A DNA stretch of 64,000 nucleotides from Phoronis australis. Its lineage: Eukaryota > Animalia > Phoronida. This document shows, one piece after another, positions 1 to 11,764 of this stretch. The stretch's first letter is position 1. Each line of letters begins with the position of its first letter. Location of the stretch: assembly GCA_002633005.1 (NCBI GenBank), contig NMRA01000132.1, positions 620,001-684,000 of the forward strand, read 5' to 3'. Under the pieces are notes generated by a model. That model had not been told where the DNA came from. It did not search any database and was given only the letters and a program-made list of their open reading frames with translations. The translations under genes and the position numbers were made by a program.

Positions 1-976
1 TTAGAGCCAAACAATTTAGACCAGCTGACCTTGGGAAACTTATCTAGAGCTAAAAATAGTTCACCAATGTTGACTGCAGAATTCCTGCTGCATTGCAGTG
101 AAGGTCTGTCCTATGGTGAAGGACATTTCTAAAATAGCTCTGTGCAGTGGAATAAGAGCATAACTCTTGCATCAGCTACCACAGGCATGTAACTTAAAGA
201 TATTGCAGGTAAGTTCTGTAACAAACCAGGGAGAGATAGAACTATGTTCAACTTAGAAGTAATGATCCTGGGTTATTTACAACTGTATGGTAAAAACATT
301 GCCATCTACTTAGTGTCAAAAACGTGAGGTTTTTAACAGTTAACATTTCAGGCCCACAGACCCAGTGTCTGTGTCTTCAGAGTTGTCATTTTCCCTAACA
401 ACTAATAATTTTTCCCATTACTTGTTGGATTACATAATCAGTGCCCTTTCTTATCATTCTACAATGGTCTGTTCAGTTCTTACACCATCCACAGACACTC
501 TTATCAGTCCCTGGACATAACTATAATTTATAGAAAGTATTCAAGTCCAATCACGTATGGCTGTTGAGCAGGCGAATTTTCACCCATTAAAATTATCAGT
601 ACAGTTAAAATACTCTTCAAATTGGTAATCACAGGTATTGATGATTCATTAAGTGAACACATCCAATAAAGACAAATGGAACCATCTGACGGAGGCAATA
701 TTCCTAATTTCGCAACTCATTCACCGATTTACATTGGTGACCACCGAGTTGTTTCAATGCGCATGCTCAAAATACCTTCGCAAAACAAGAAAAAAAAACG
801 CCAAACATCTGCTTGGTGCCTGTATGAGTGATACGAGTGATGTTGATTTTCTACTCGTCTTTTACTTATTCCACTCGTGCTTTCGAGTGTTTACTAATGT
901 CAATCCTTGTTGTAGCCGGTGTCATAACGAGCAGGTGATTACAGGTGCCATGTGCATCCACAGTCTGAGCATAGTA

Positions 977-1479
977 CAGTGGCGGATCTAGGATATCACA
1001 AGGGGGCCCAACATTTTGTCTGTAAACATTTGCGCATTGAAGCACGATTGTGATTCATTAAGGCTTCGATTAAAATTCACATCTTACCAGCAGCTTCTGT
1101 TTTTTCGTCACTCAGATTCTATTTTCTTTAAAAAATTAAGTAATTTTCTTCATTGTACAATGAAGCAGACAACGGAAACGGAGTCGTAATGCGCAGCACC
1201 ACTGCCAGTCACCTGGGATATCGCGGGTGAGCCTATACTTAGCTATAGTTCCGTTACAATTGAGCCATGTTCCGAATTTAACACTTGAAATTGGATCTGA
1301 GCCCCCTCCCCCCCCAACAAACTAAAACTACACCCATTTCAATCTTGTTTCCGCCGTATAATGTTAATTATCAGGGTTAATTAGTAAACTCAACATTTCC
1401 CTACGCTCTTGTTTTATTTTTTTGCGGAAGCCAAGGTGGGGCTCTGGCCCCCTGGGCCCCCCCCCTAAATCCGCCTATG
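977..1479. mobile_element. Non-autonomous hAT-like MITE (long copy)
   Basis: Ends CAGTGGCGGATCTAGG ... CCTAAATCCGCCTATG; flanks tagta/cagta (5-bp TSD, 1 mismatch). Confidence 0.7.
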
Positions 1480-1705
1480 CAGTATGAAGTCTGTGATACA
1501 GATGTACTATTCAACTGAAAGTTAATTAGATGAAAAATTCAGCAGTATTCACTAATTCTATGCAACATAATGATACAAAACTATCAATCATCGATAACCT
1601 ATACAGCACATCGTGTTATGTCACACACATAACACTTCAGATAAAAGGATTTGGCTCGGTATTTCTAAACTATATATTTCAGTAACACACTCGAACACAT
1701 ACAGA

Positions 1706-4700
1706 ATGGCAGCGTATAAGCTACACAGCTGCTCTCTCGACGTGATCAACGGGAGACACAAGTCAGTAGTGTGTGTTGGTGAAAGCTGGGAGATGGACAT
1801 TGGACTACATAACAAAGATACAGGCAACCAGAGTATAGCAGTGCAGGTAAGATATTTACAAATACAAGGCGAGGGGGTACTCGTATTGGAGACATTGGCA
1901 GTGAAACTGCTGCTAACCCACATGGGTAACCTGAAGTTTAGGGTATTGTCTCATGTTCGGGCATCACCTCCACTAGGTATTTCACCCACTTGGGTACATT
2001 ACCACTACAAGTACGAGTTGTGGGTCTGTGGTACCAGTCATATCTCATTGAGCGAGTAGATAAAGGGTATTCTATTAGTGCACCGTTAAATTGCAGCAAC
2101 AATGACTCTCAAAACATGGAAGAGAACCCTCATGCAAGTGAGCAAAGTAAAAATTCTTCAGTTTGGGGATGCAATATGGCAGACAGGTGAAATTTCATCT
2201 TGTCAATCTTCTCAACAAAAATAACTTTTGCTGACAATTTACTTTGCTCTTAGCATGGTTTGTATAGTGTAGCTATTACCAAACAACATTTGGTAAAATT
2301 TTGAGCATATGCAACAAAATGGTAAGCCTTTGAAAAATACAAATATGGCAATTTTCAATATTTTTGTCCCAACTTGAAGATGTTTACCGCTTAGGTATAA
2401 ATCATGTTCCGGCGTTAAGAACGACTTTCTTCAGAGGTGCATTAACTCTTGCAAAGCAACAACGTTACATCATCGTGTTTTCATCGTTAGTTTGAATTTA
2501 AATTGGATACAAGAGAACACCAAGAATTGTCAGACGTCCATACTGCTTTTGATGGATGAAATAAGCCAGCAGTGATGAGCAAACTTGATGAGCCTCTGGT
2601 GTGAAGCACTGACAATCTGTCTGTTCCTCTCTAGCCTAAAACACATTTCTACTCTGAGAAATGAGCAATGTTAACATAAAATGACCTACATCAAAAGTTA
2701 GCTTTCTGATGAAAGTCTAGGGTTTGTATTCCCATGAACTCCTAACTTCCTTAAAATAGGAAGTGATCAAACTGAAGCCAGGCATGCCTGAACAAAACTG
2801 GGCTATTCATGAGTGTTGCCGGACACGTGTTACAGTTGACCAGGGCAACAAAACAAGGAAATATAACTATGCCCTACTTGTACTGAGCATTGTCGATACT
2901 GAGAGGGGCACAAAAAAATTGTCACTACCAGGCACCATAGTAATTGGAGGTCTAAAAATTAATGGCAGCCTTGCTATTCTCAATAGGATCACATACATCA
3001 AAATTTCATAAAACCTATCAATTTGAAAGAACTTGGTTTATGTTGAGATTGGGCCAAAGAAAACCAAAATTGTAGCCAGGGAGCACCACAGACCTACCTG
3101 AACATTAATATGGGCAAGGCTCTCCACAAAAGGAACACATTTACCAACTTTCATGATGATTCGTCACGTGATTTGGAAGATAGAGACGTGGTAAGCCCAA
3201 AAAGCAGATAAAAGTGATTAAAGTGGCAACTCTGTGAATTGCAGAATAGTTTAAATCTGAAATGATATCAACTCTACAGCAGACTTTAATTTGCCAAAAT
3301 TTCAAGATTCATCAAGGAACTAGGTATTCGCAAAGAAAACATCAATTGTTATAAAAGCCACATTCTCAGCAGTGGGACTAATAAACATGTAGATGTAGAA
3401 GGGTGAGACCACACACACATCAAATAAACTAATATCTAGGTTTGTTCAAGTGTTGGGCATATCAGTCCCTAGATATATCAGTAGGTACACACACAGGAAG
3501 TTCTTGAGTGAGAGTGGATCTTGTATTTCTTAGCCTGCCCAAATGTGACCTTCATCGTAAATTCAAGATTCCAACTGCTGGGAATGATGCAATACACGTT
3601 TCTAATCAATTGTTGTAAATTCAACATATTATTAATTAACATTACCAGTATTACTAACATAGCTTAAGGTTTTAGTCCAAGTGGAGAAACAAAGATGAAA
3701 TGCACTAAGTAGATGAGTGAATTGTACCTCGCGCGTTTTCCTTCGTTACAAAATTAATGTTTATATAACACCTACAATGTGTATGTGTGTTTTATGCATA
3801 TATTTAGGGGGCCGGTAGCCTATTTACAAGGAAAATCTCACCAATTTCAGACAAAAAATAAATACTAACATTGCATTTTTTCAAGTTTCAAAAATCAGTA
3901 CATTGTTGAGAATGTCCACAATTTTTGAAAACAATGTTTGATGTTAACAATGGTACAGAGCTTGAACGTGAGAAAGCATTAATTTGGTGCTTCACTTGGA
4001 CAAAATGAAAAAACAGAATTTTTCTTGTCGGCCATGTTGTGTCCTAAATATGGTGAGGTTTTCCTTATTGCACAGGTAACTTGCCGGAGAAATAAGGAGA
4101 CAATATTCCAAAATAAACACTTTGTTTACAATAGCACAAGTGACTTCATTCAACAGGGAAGTGCATCACTTAATTATCATTCCAGATCCCATGATTTTAG
4201 TTCCAAGACCAAGTTACATGTAGCTTCGAATCTTATCCAAAGATTGCATCAATTTGATTGGTGAAACTTTTCAACATCACTGTTACCCAATGATCACTAC
4301 TGTAACCAAACTCTACACTGCATATCTCATGAGTCTACATAGATAAGATGTACAATGGCCCAAGTGATTGACAAGGGTGGCCACACCCCACCCTGTTCAT
4401 AACAACAATGATTCATAGCTGGTTGGCCACACTGGTATTGACAGATTGTTGGAGAGATGACAGAGATTGGTAGTGATTAAAGCAGCTCACCAGAGGGCAC
4501 TAGTGTTACCTTATCCTAAAGGGTTAATTAATATAGTTCAAACACCATTCTTGATCATCTAATTCTGTGACCCTTGTTCCCTATACATCAGTTCTGAATG
4601 ATTCCTGAATGTCGCCTTAGAATCGTATCGAAACCACCCGAGTGTAAAATTATTGTTCAACTTATATTTTCTTATAGACTGTCCAGCTACCATACACCTT

Positions 4701-7700
4701 GACAGAGTTGCCATTAAAGACAAAGACCTTGCTCCTCAGTGACATCCTATGTCTATCACCACAGAGTCACGTCACAGATCACAAGTTCGGAGCAACTGTG
4801 TTCTTACATGAACAAAGACTTCAGTCGGCATTTCACGACTTCCGCAAACTCCAGGAGGTCATGAATGACTACGATATTGCCGACAGAACAATTTGCCAAG
4901 TATACTATTCACAGTCAGGATCATCACCTTTTGGACATGTGTGGAAAAATTTATCTGACCAAGTTAAGCTGGAAATAAATTGGAACAAGGGCTCAGTCAA
5001 ATTCCATGTCTCACATTTTGGGTCGTAAGTACATTTTAATTCCATAGGCTAAAAGGTAGTTTCTAAAGCTATGCCCATAATATGAGCTACCCTGGAACAA
5101 GTAAATACTAGAACAGGTTGTTGCTTATAGATTTAGTAGTAGTGTGAACATTATTTACACTAGGACAACTTGATGCATGTGTGACACCTTACCCCACCTA
5201 GGGCAACTTGTTCTGGGATAACTTGCCCCAGCATAAGTTGTAATGTGGACACAAACCTGCAAATGTCGCAGAATTAATCACTAGCTATGTGACTGCATTG
5301 CACACATACAAAGATCCAATCCTGTTAGCGCCATATTTGTCGCATGGTATAAGGTCTCTAGTAGGGACGTTAGTTGAATTTAGCCAAGTTGTTCTACGCC
5401 AAGTGGTTCAACGGTAACTCAAACGACAGTGTGGACATGGCTTCAGAGCAGCTTGCACAGGTTTGCCCACGTATCAACATTATACAGTTAACACCGTTTG
5501 ACAAATGTGGCGCAAGAAAGGATTAGATGCCCACGTGTATGTAACTGAGCAAATGTGCACCTGGTATTTACTTCCACCTCCTCTGCAGGATAGTGATCAC
5601 ACTGCGACTTGTGCTGGGGAAAGTTTCTTGTAGCAGGGCGGCAACTGATAGCGCAGTCAGCTCTTAAGACCTCAAAGTACCCACTATTGCTCACAAAAAC
5701 ACCATAGTCCTGAGGTATATTAATATGTTCCAAATCCAACACCCAAAGTATAGCACAGGTTGAAAAGTTTTATCTGACCGGTGGGCAGAGTCTTTGACTG
5801 ACCGTCTAGCCGAGTGCGACCAGACAAGCAACCGTCTGCAAGGAATTGTTAGCTCAGTTTGGCCTCTGCAGTCAACACTTGCAGGGTTTGATTAAGTAGT
5901 GACCTGCGATTTGTCAGTTTTTCACTTCAGGTATTTTATTTTGGGCTCTTGCCAGTGAGGTTTGGTAACCTCAATTCCCATTTGTCGACTGGGGAATTTT
6001 GCCTGGTATCATTTTGAGATCTGACGTTGCGCTAAGCATCGAGGTCAGAAACCAGGTTGCCTAGCTTTGACGACCGATTCAAAGTACAAGCATATGCTCT
6101 GTCGACAATCACATTGTATTGTGTGTTTATTACAATGGTGCTGTACGTAACAACAATGGCCTTGGTCTAACAACCACTGAGGCCTCACTTTGCTGAATGT
6201 TCTTACAAAATGCAAGATCAAACGTACATGGCTTGCATAATTTGTCTGCTTTGGATAAAAGTTTGTGCAAAATGAGCGTGGAATGTGGCATTTACTGGTT
6301 CATATTATAGTCTTCCTTCAGCATCAATAGTGCTTCTGTTTTTGTTTTCGTCGGAGCTTCCCAGCGAGTATGTTTTTGCTTAAATTTGATACACGAAAAC
6401 TGCTAAGCAGGCGCTCTCATAGTGTCAGTCGTCTCTGTCCACTCACCTCATTACAATTTCAAACAGAAATCATGGTGCCGACCTACTTAGGTTTGAAAAT
6501 GATACAAAACAGAGTACTGTGGATGTACAAATTTTGAAAGTCACACAAAGAAAACACCAATGGCTAGTCAGTAGTGAAGAGTTGGCAGTAAGGCTCTGCA
6601 GTGAAGTTAGCGGACTGCAGTCAGGTCTGTTAATGGTCAGCTTATGACTAGGAGACTGGTTTCAGACCAGTCGGATAAAAATCAACAACTGACGTAAGAG
6701 TGGACCTCAGTCTTAATTATCGCAGTAACCTGTTGAGGAACAAATTTCTTTACTATTTTTCACAATCTAATGTCCCTAAACAATGTCAAATTGAAGATCG
6801 TCTGCTTTAAATATGAGAACTGGCAAAGGCCGTAGTGACAATGCAGTGCGACTTATACGACATACCGACACACGTGAAATATTTTCCGGCCATATCAAGG
6901 TCTTCTCAAGCAAACGAGATCCCAATTGTATCCAAAATGTAAATAAATCCCCATTTAGAGTTTCAAAACCAAGAATATTCATGAAACTGTATGCTTCGTT
7001 TGTATGCTCACCAATGTCAAAAACCGACTGAAGTTGAGACTTAGACCAAATCCAATATTCATGATATGTTTAATCTGAATTTTCGTCTTCTGTGTTAAAT
7101 TAGACCCAATTTCAGTCTTCCTTCAAACAAATTTTTGGTCTTAAGTCTTAATTCAAGTTTTTCGCTAGTCCAGAAATCCCCTCCACTGTACTTGACAGCA
7201 AGTTAAGACCATTTTATAGCTGTTTTGTTAAGTGGTTTACGCTAAAAATCCAAAATACAAACCATAAAACTATGCAGTTAAAATTATTTTGAGGAGAAAT
7301 TCAACAAAATGCAATGTCCCAATTTAAAGATTTTTTCTCTTCTAAAGTTTGTGGTTTTGGCAACAAAACAACAAAAAACTACCAAAAAACCAACAATAAG
7401 GCCTTATTGTGTAATCTGCAAGAAAAAAAACCCGTCACAAGGTCACTTGTACACAAATTTGTTTTAATGCATACCTCTGCCTCTATGCCTGACAAGCACC
7501 TTCTATTTTTTACACACAAGAACGAATGGAGAATAATTATGTTTTTTGTTATTTCACCATGTTTATCAAATAAGCATCCACTTAATTTTTCAATAAGTCT
7601 CGGAGAATAATTTGCAGCTCAGTAGTAGGATTTTTCACAAGTAGACTGTTTATAAAGCAGCACATCCAAGATCTTTCCCATGAATGTTGATTTCCCAAAG

Positions 7701-9397
7701 CCTATTTTTTGGCGAGTCAGTTAGCGGATATGTTCAAATTCAGCAAAGAGCGCTTGCAAAGAAAGGGAGTAATCTTAAATAACCTTATGTATTACAACTC
7801 TTTTACAGCTACTGTGTGGTGTTGACATCTGAGCTGAACAAGCCACAGGTACTACCCTACCTGAACACAGCAAGTAAGACAGCAAACGAGATGACCTACA
7901 GGCTGACCTTGTACAGAAAGGTGGGAGAAGAGGACAATAGATTTATCTTCAACCTTGTCCCCGTCACCAAAAACGTGGAAGAGCTACTGTTTAAACCCAG
8001 CTACCAACAGCATATGTTCTCAGTGTCCTCCCTACAGGAAATTCACCTGATGTTTGTGGTAGCAACCGGTAGATACACTCTGCAGGATGACCACATTGTG
8101 CAGCTCCACCTTGTGGATACAAAGCACAACATGCAGGCAGCCACGCTGGAGGAAACGGACTCTAACGAGGACTCGACACACTTGAGCGTGTATTGTCAAA
8201 ATGAAAAATTTAAAGACCCTTTTTTCTGGTTTAGTGTTCCACTAGTGGTAGATCAAGAGCGACAGCTGCTGACCAAGATGAAACCAAACATATACAGAGG
8301 TAAAACCTGGTCCTTACACACATTTCTTTTCCAGGTAACAGTCGCAAACAAGAGGTTTAAAGTATAAGTATATGCTCGGTACAATGTATAATTATCTGTT
8401 TACAACTGGATAGCCCAGGACTCCGCTTCATGAAAGTGTCTCAACTGAAGTAAGATTGCTGGTATGATATCAACAGCATTGTTCAACAAGCGCAACATGA
8501 CACATCATGAAATGACAGCATTATTTCGGTCTAAATTAACACTAAAATAGTTTCATGAAATTGAACCCAGGAAGAGGAAAGAGAAAATTCCGTGGTATTT
8601 GTAAGGTTGATTGATGGATTTATCGACTGATAACTGCAGTGCATGACCAAAAAGATGCAGCAGCATATATTTCATATTACCCAATAGCAGAATGCACACA
8701 ACTCGCTCTTTAAATCAACAAAGCCTGATTTGACAACCTGCAATTCACCAATAAGACCTGACAGATTTTATTTGACAACCTGATTAAAATTCCAGCTCGC
8801 CACAAAGTTGCCGCCCACACATCTGAATACGTGCTCAAAAACTACAAGACATAAGCAGATGGAAATCGGAAATGTTCGGCAAAAAATCAGAAGGGCCTGT
8901 TTATAAATCATGCACAGGTAATGAATCCCAATTGCCTGCCTCTTCCTTAGGTGAGCCTGAGCGGGACAAGCCCTAGAGGGTGAAATTGACCATTACTGAG
9001 CATCCGAGACACACCTAATTTTGATAATAAAATATATCTGGCCCAGTATGAGGTTTGTCAGGTTCCATTTTGCCCTCCTTCAACCTAAGTTGGTTCATAT
9101 AAAAGTTAGTTTAAATGGGATCTTGCAGATTTCACAGAAGAAAAGGAGATTGAGAAACCAAAGGTCCTTGAACTGAATTTAGACCAGAACAGTGTCTACA
9201 GACGGATAAAACAAGAGGTTTACACAGCCATCAAGTCTAAACCAGTGCCAATTCCACCACGACCAGGCATAAACTCATCTCATGCGCCAGGCAGACAGTT
9301 CCATACAGTTGGTTCAGCAGGGAAAACAGCATGGAACGCCTTAATGAGAATGTTGGACTCTGGAAGGAGGCCTCGCACTCACACCTATTCCTGGTAG
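1706..9397 (+). CDS. Uncharacterised ~415-aa ZU5/UPA-like domain protein, 4 coding exons (1706-1846, 4678-5024, 7809-8299, 9129-9397), nested antisense in DDX55 intron 2
   Basis: All junctions are GT-AG and phase-consistent (0, 2, 1); total 1248 nt with no internal stop. 'LLLSDILCLSP...W..L....VKFHVSHFGSYCVV' resembles the ZU5 core and the HF(S/G)xY/FxVV end motif of UNC5CL/PIDD-like proteins. C-terminal tail has PIPPRP and RPRTHTYSW*. Upstream exon(s) are possible (acceptor ttcag at ~1682). Confidence 0.7.
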
Positions 9398-10135
9398 TGC
9401 CATGTTGGACTCTGGGACAAAGCCTCGCACACACACACACACCTATTCATGGTGCTGCACGAGAGTGTAGTTGATACTGTACAGTATGTCGTTCTAAAAG
9501 AACAAAAGTGCAGCAATGAATGTGTATGTTGAACATGTCATGTTCTTACTGACATAATCCTGATGCTACAATAGGCAGTGAAAGAGCAGACAACAGATAT
9601 TCTATGTGACAGTTAGTATGGCTTAACCGCAACATCAGGGTACATCTGAATAACTTAAAATAAATTTATCAAAGGCAATACTTCCTCACTAATCAGCCAG
9701 TTGACTCTTTCACTTACATCCTTTATTCAGTTATCACCAGAAATTTGCAGGAAACTGATGTGTCACGATTTTGTCAAACCTAAAATTAACTATATTCCAA
9801 GAATGAAGAGGGCTATTCTGTTCTATAGCAGAATTAGTAACTTTGTAACTATTTGTGTGCATACCCAAGTTCATGAAAACATGAACTAAAGCTGAACAAT
9901 TCCTATAAACAAGACACCATGTGTACCAGTTTGGTACAAAATAATGGAAAGTCATCAGGAATGTACGGTAATGGTACATGTGTTGTGTAAATCATGTAAC
10001 TTGGTAAACAATAAATCCTTGATTAATTTATAATGGCGGAACACAGTGAACTCTCTCATAAAACAAGAGTTCAACTATGTGTAAATAATCATATCAGAGA
10101 TCAATATTCTGGCACAGGACCTTTTCGACACTTTT

Positions 10136-10764
10136 AATACAGTAAAACTCGGGTTACTGTATTGCTGCGCCTTGAGGCCCATGGGCCTATATCCAAAATA
10201 ATGTCTTTTTCATGGCCTTTTTTACCCAAGTGGTTCAAATATTGGCGCATGCGCCTATGATTCAAAATAAGTCCAGGTAATGTCCGCATGCGCCTGTGAT
10301 TCACAATACGTCCAGGTAATGTCCGCATGCGCCTGTGATTCACAATACGTCCAGGTAATGTCCGCATGCCCCTGTGATTCACAATAAGTCCAGGTAATGT
10401 CGGTTGCATAGGCACATACCTTAATTTGCATAGGCGCACTCATTTTGACTACTGCTCTGCCTCTTAATGGCAATTTTTCACGTTTGCCTATGTATCTTTG
10501 GAGTTCCTAGGCATATTTTCAAGAAATTTGGTATAAAATAGTTTTGTATTGTCATATTACCGTGCCTTTAGGCCCACAAGCCTATATTCAAAATACAGCC
10601 TTTTGCCGCCTCTTTTAACCACATGAGTCACACATTGGCTCATGCACCCAAGTCTTCCACATAAGCCCAGCTTCGCACTGATGCCCATGGGCCTCTCAGC
10701 ACAGATGCATGCCAGCTAGATGATTGCTTAATGCAGACTAAGCCGTGCAGTCCAGTTGTTCTAG
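10136..10764 (+). mobile_element. Helitron/Helentron-like non-autonomous element containing a minisatellite
   Basis: 5' palindrome AATACAGTAA-N8-TTACTGTATT, internal tandem repeat, short 3' hairpin followed by ...TTCTAG. Confidence 0.45.
10249..10404. repeat. 39-bp tandem repeat, 4 copies
   Basis: Unit atgcgcctgtgattcacaatacgtccaggtaatgtccgc; explains the repetitive ORFs 10134-10439 and 10255-10473. Confidence 0.95.
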
Positions 10765-11764
10765 TTACTGTGTACAACCCTCCATACAGAAGTACTATAA
10801 TTTTGCTACACCAGGAAAAAATAATTGGTCTAGTTAGATCCTAGTTATGTGGATATAATGCTCACTTCGGTTTACAGGCTGAATTTTATTGTATTATGTT
10901 TTTGTGCTTGTCTTAATAAACTGGTAACTGATATCTGAGTTATGCTAGTTATACTGTAATTTATGGGACATACTACATTGTACTGTTCACATTGTTTTTA
11001 GCTTAAGTCTGTAATAGGAACTTATTTACAAATCTGTGTATTTAGCAAAATGTCTGGAAAGCAATAAATTTCAACTCGATAAAAGTATATATTTTCTAAA
11101 AGTAGAAAGGCTGCAGAAATTGATCTTTGACTTTTTACCAATCTGTTATTAATTGGGTCATGTGACCATACATTTTTACTAAGACTTCGTAAAAAAGAAA
11201 CTCAAGGTACATTAATGCAGAACAACGGTGTTGATCAGAAAATCAAATTGTATTTGATATAAATGTTCAAGGTGAGATATCAAAAACTGTAACAGATTTC
11301 TAAAATATTATTTAGTTTTCACTTTACACAGCTTTAAAGATTTTTCATGAAAAACATAAAAGCACTATTTTTCAGCGCCTCTCTTGCAAAAGCGGAAAAA
11401 TTTAAAAACAATTCCTACCAGCGTTTTGTACTGTACATAAAGCATAGTATCTAAAAGTTCCATATGAAGTTGGTATGCCATTTCTGAAAGTCAGTCAAAT
11501 TTGGACATTTTGATAGGGTCTTAAACAACCTGAAGTTAAAGGCAGCCCTTCCACCAGTCACATCAGAGTAGCAACAGATATTTCTTCCGGAGTTGCAAAG
11601 TATTCCAAATAATCCATAAGAATGTAGATCATATGAAAACCCATCTACTCAAGTGATGGAAGATTTTCATTTCAAACCTGCAATTTGAAATCAACAAGCT
11701 GTTAGGTTTCTTGTTTCTAACAATAAGTGCTTGTTTCACACCATGGCATGATGCTCGATAGTAC

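Noticed and set aside
8300-8367. Extension of nested-gene exon 3 to the ccag|gtaac donor or the ORF stop
   Set aside because: That phase-0 donor joined to 9129 hits a stop after ~15 codons, whereas the phase-1 donor at 8299 keeps a long open frame; it may still be a minor isoform.
10134-10473. Repetitive ORFs / CRISPR-like appearance
   Set aside because: Contiguous 39-bp tandem repeat with no unique spacers, inside a TE in eukaryotic DNA.
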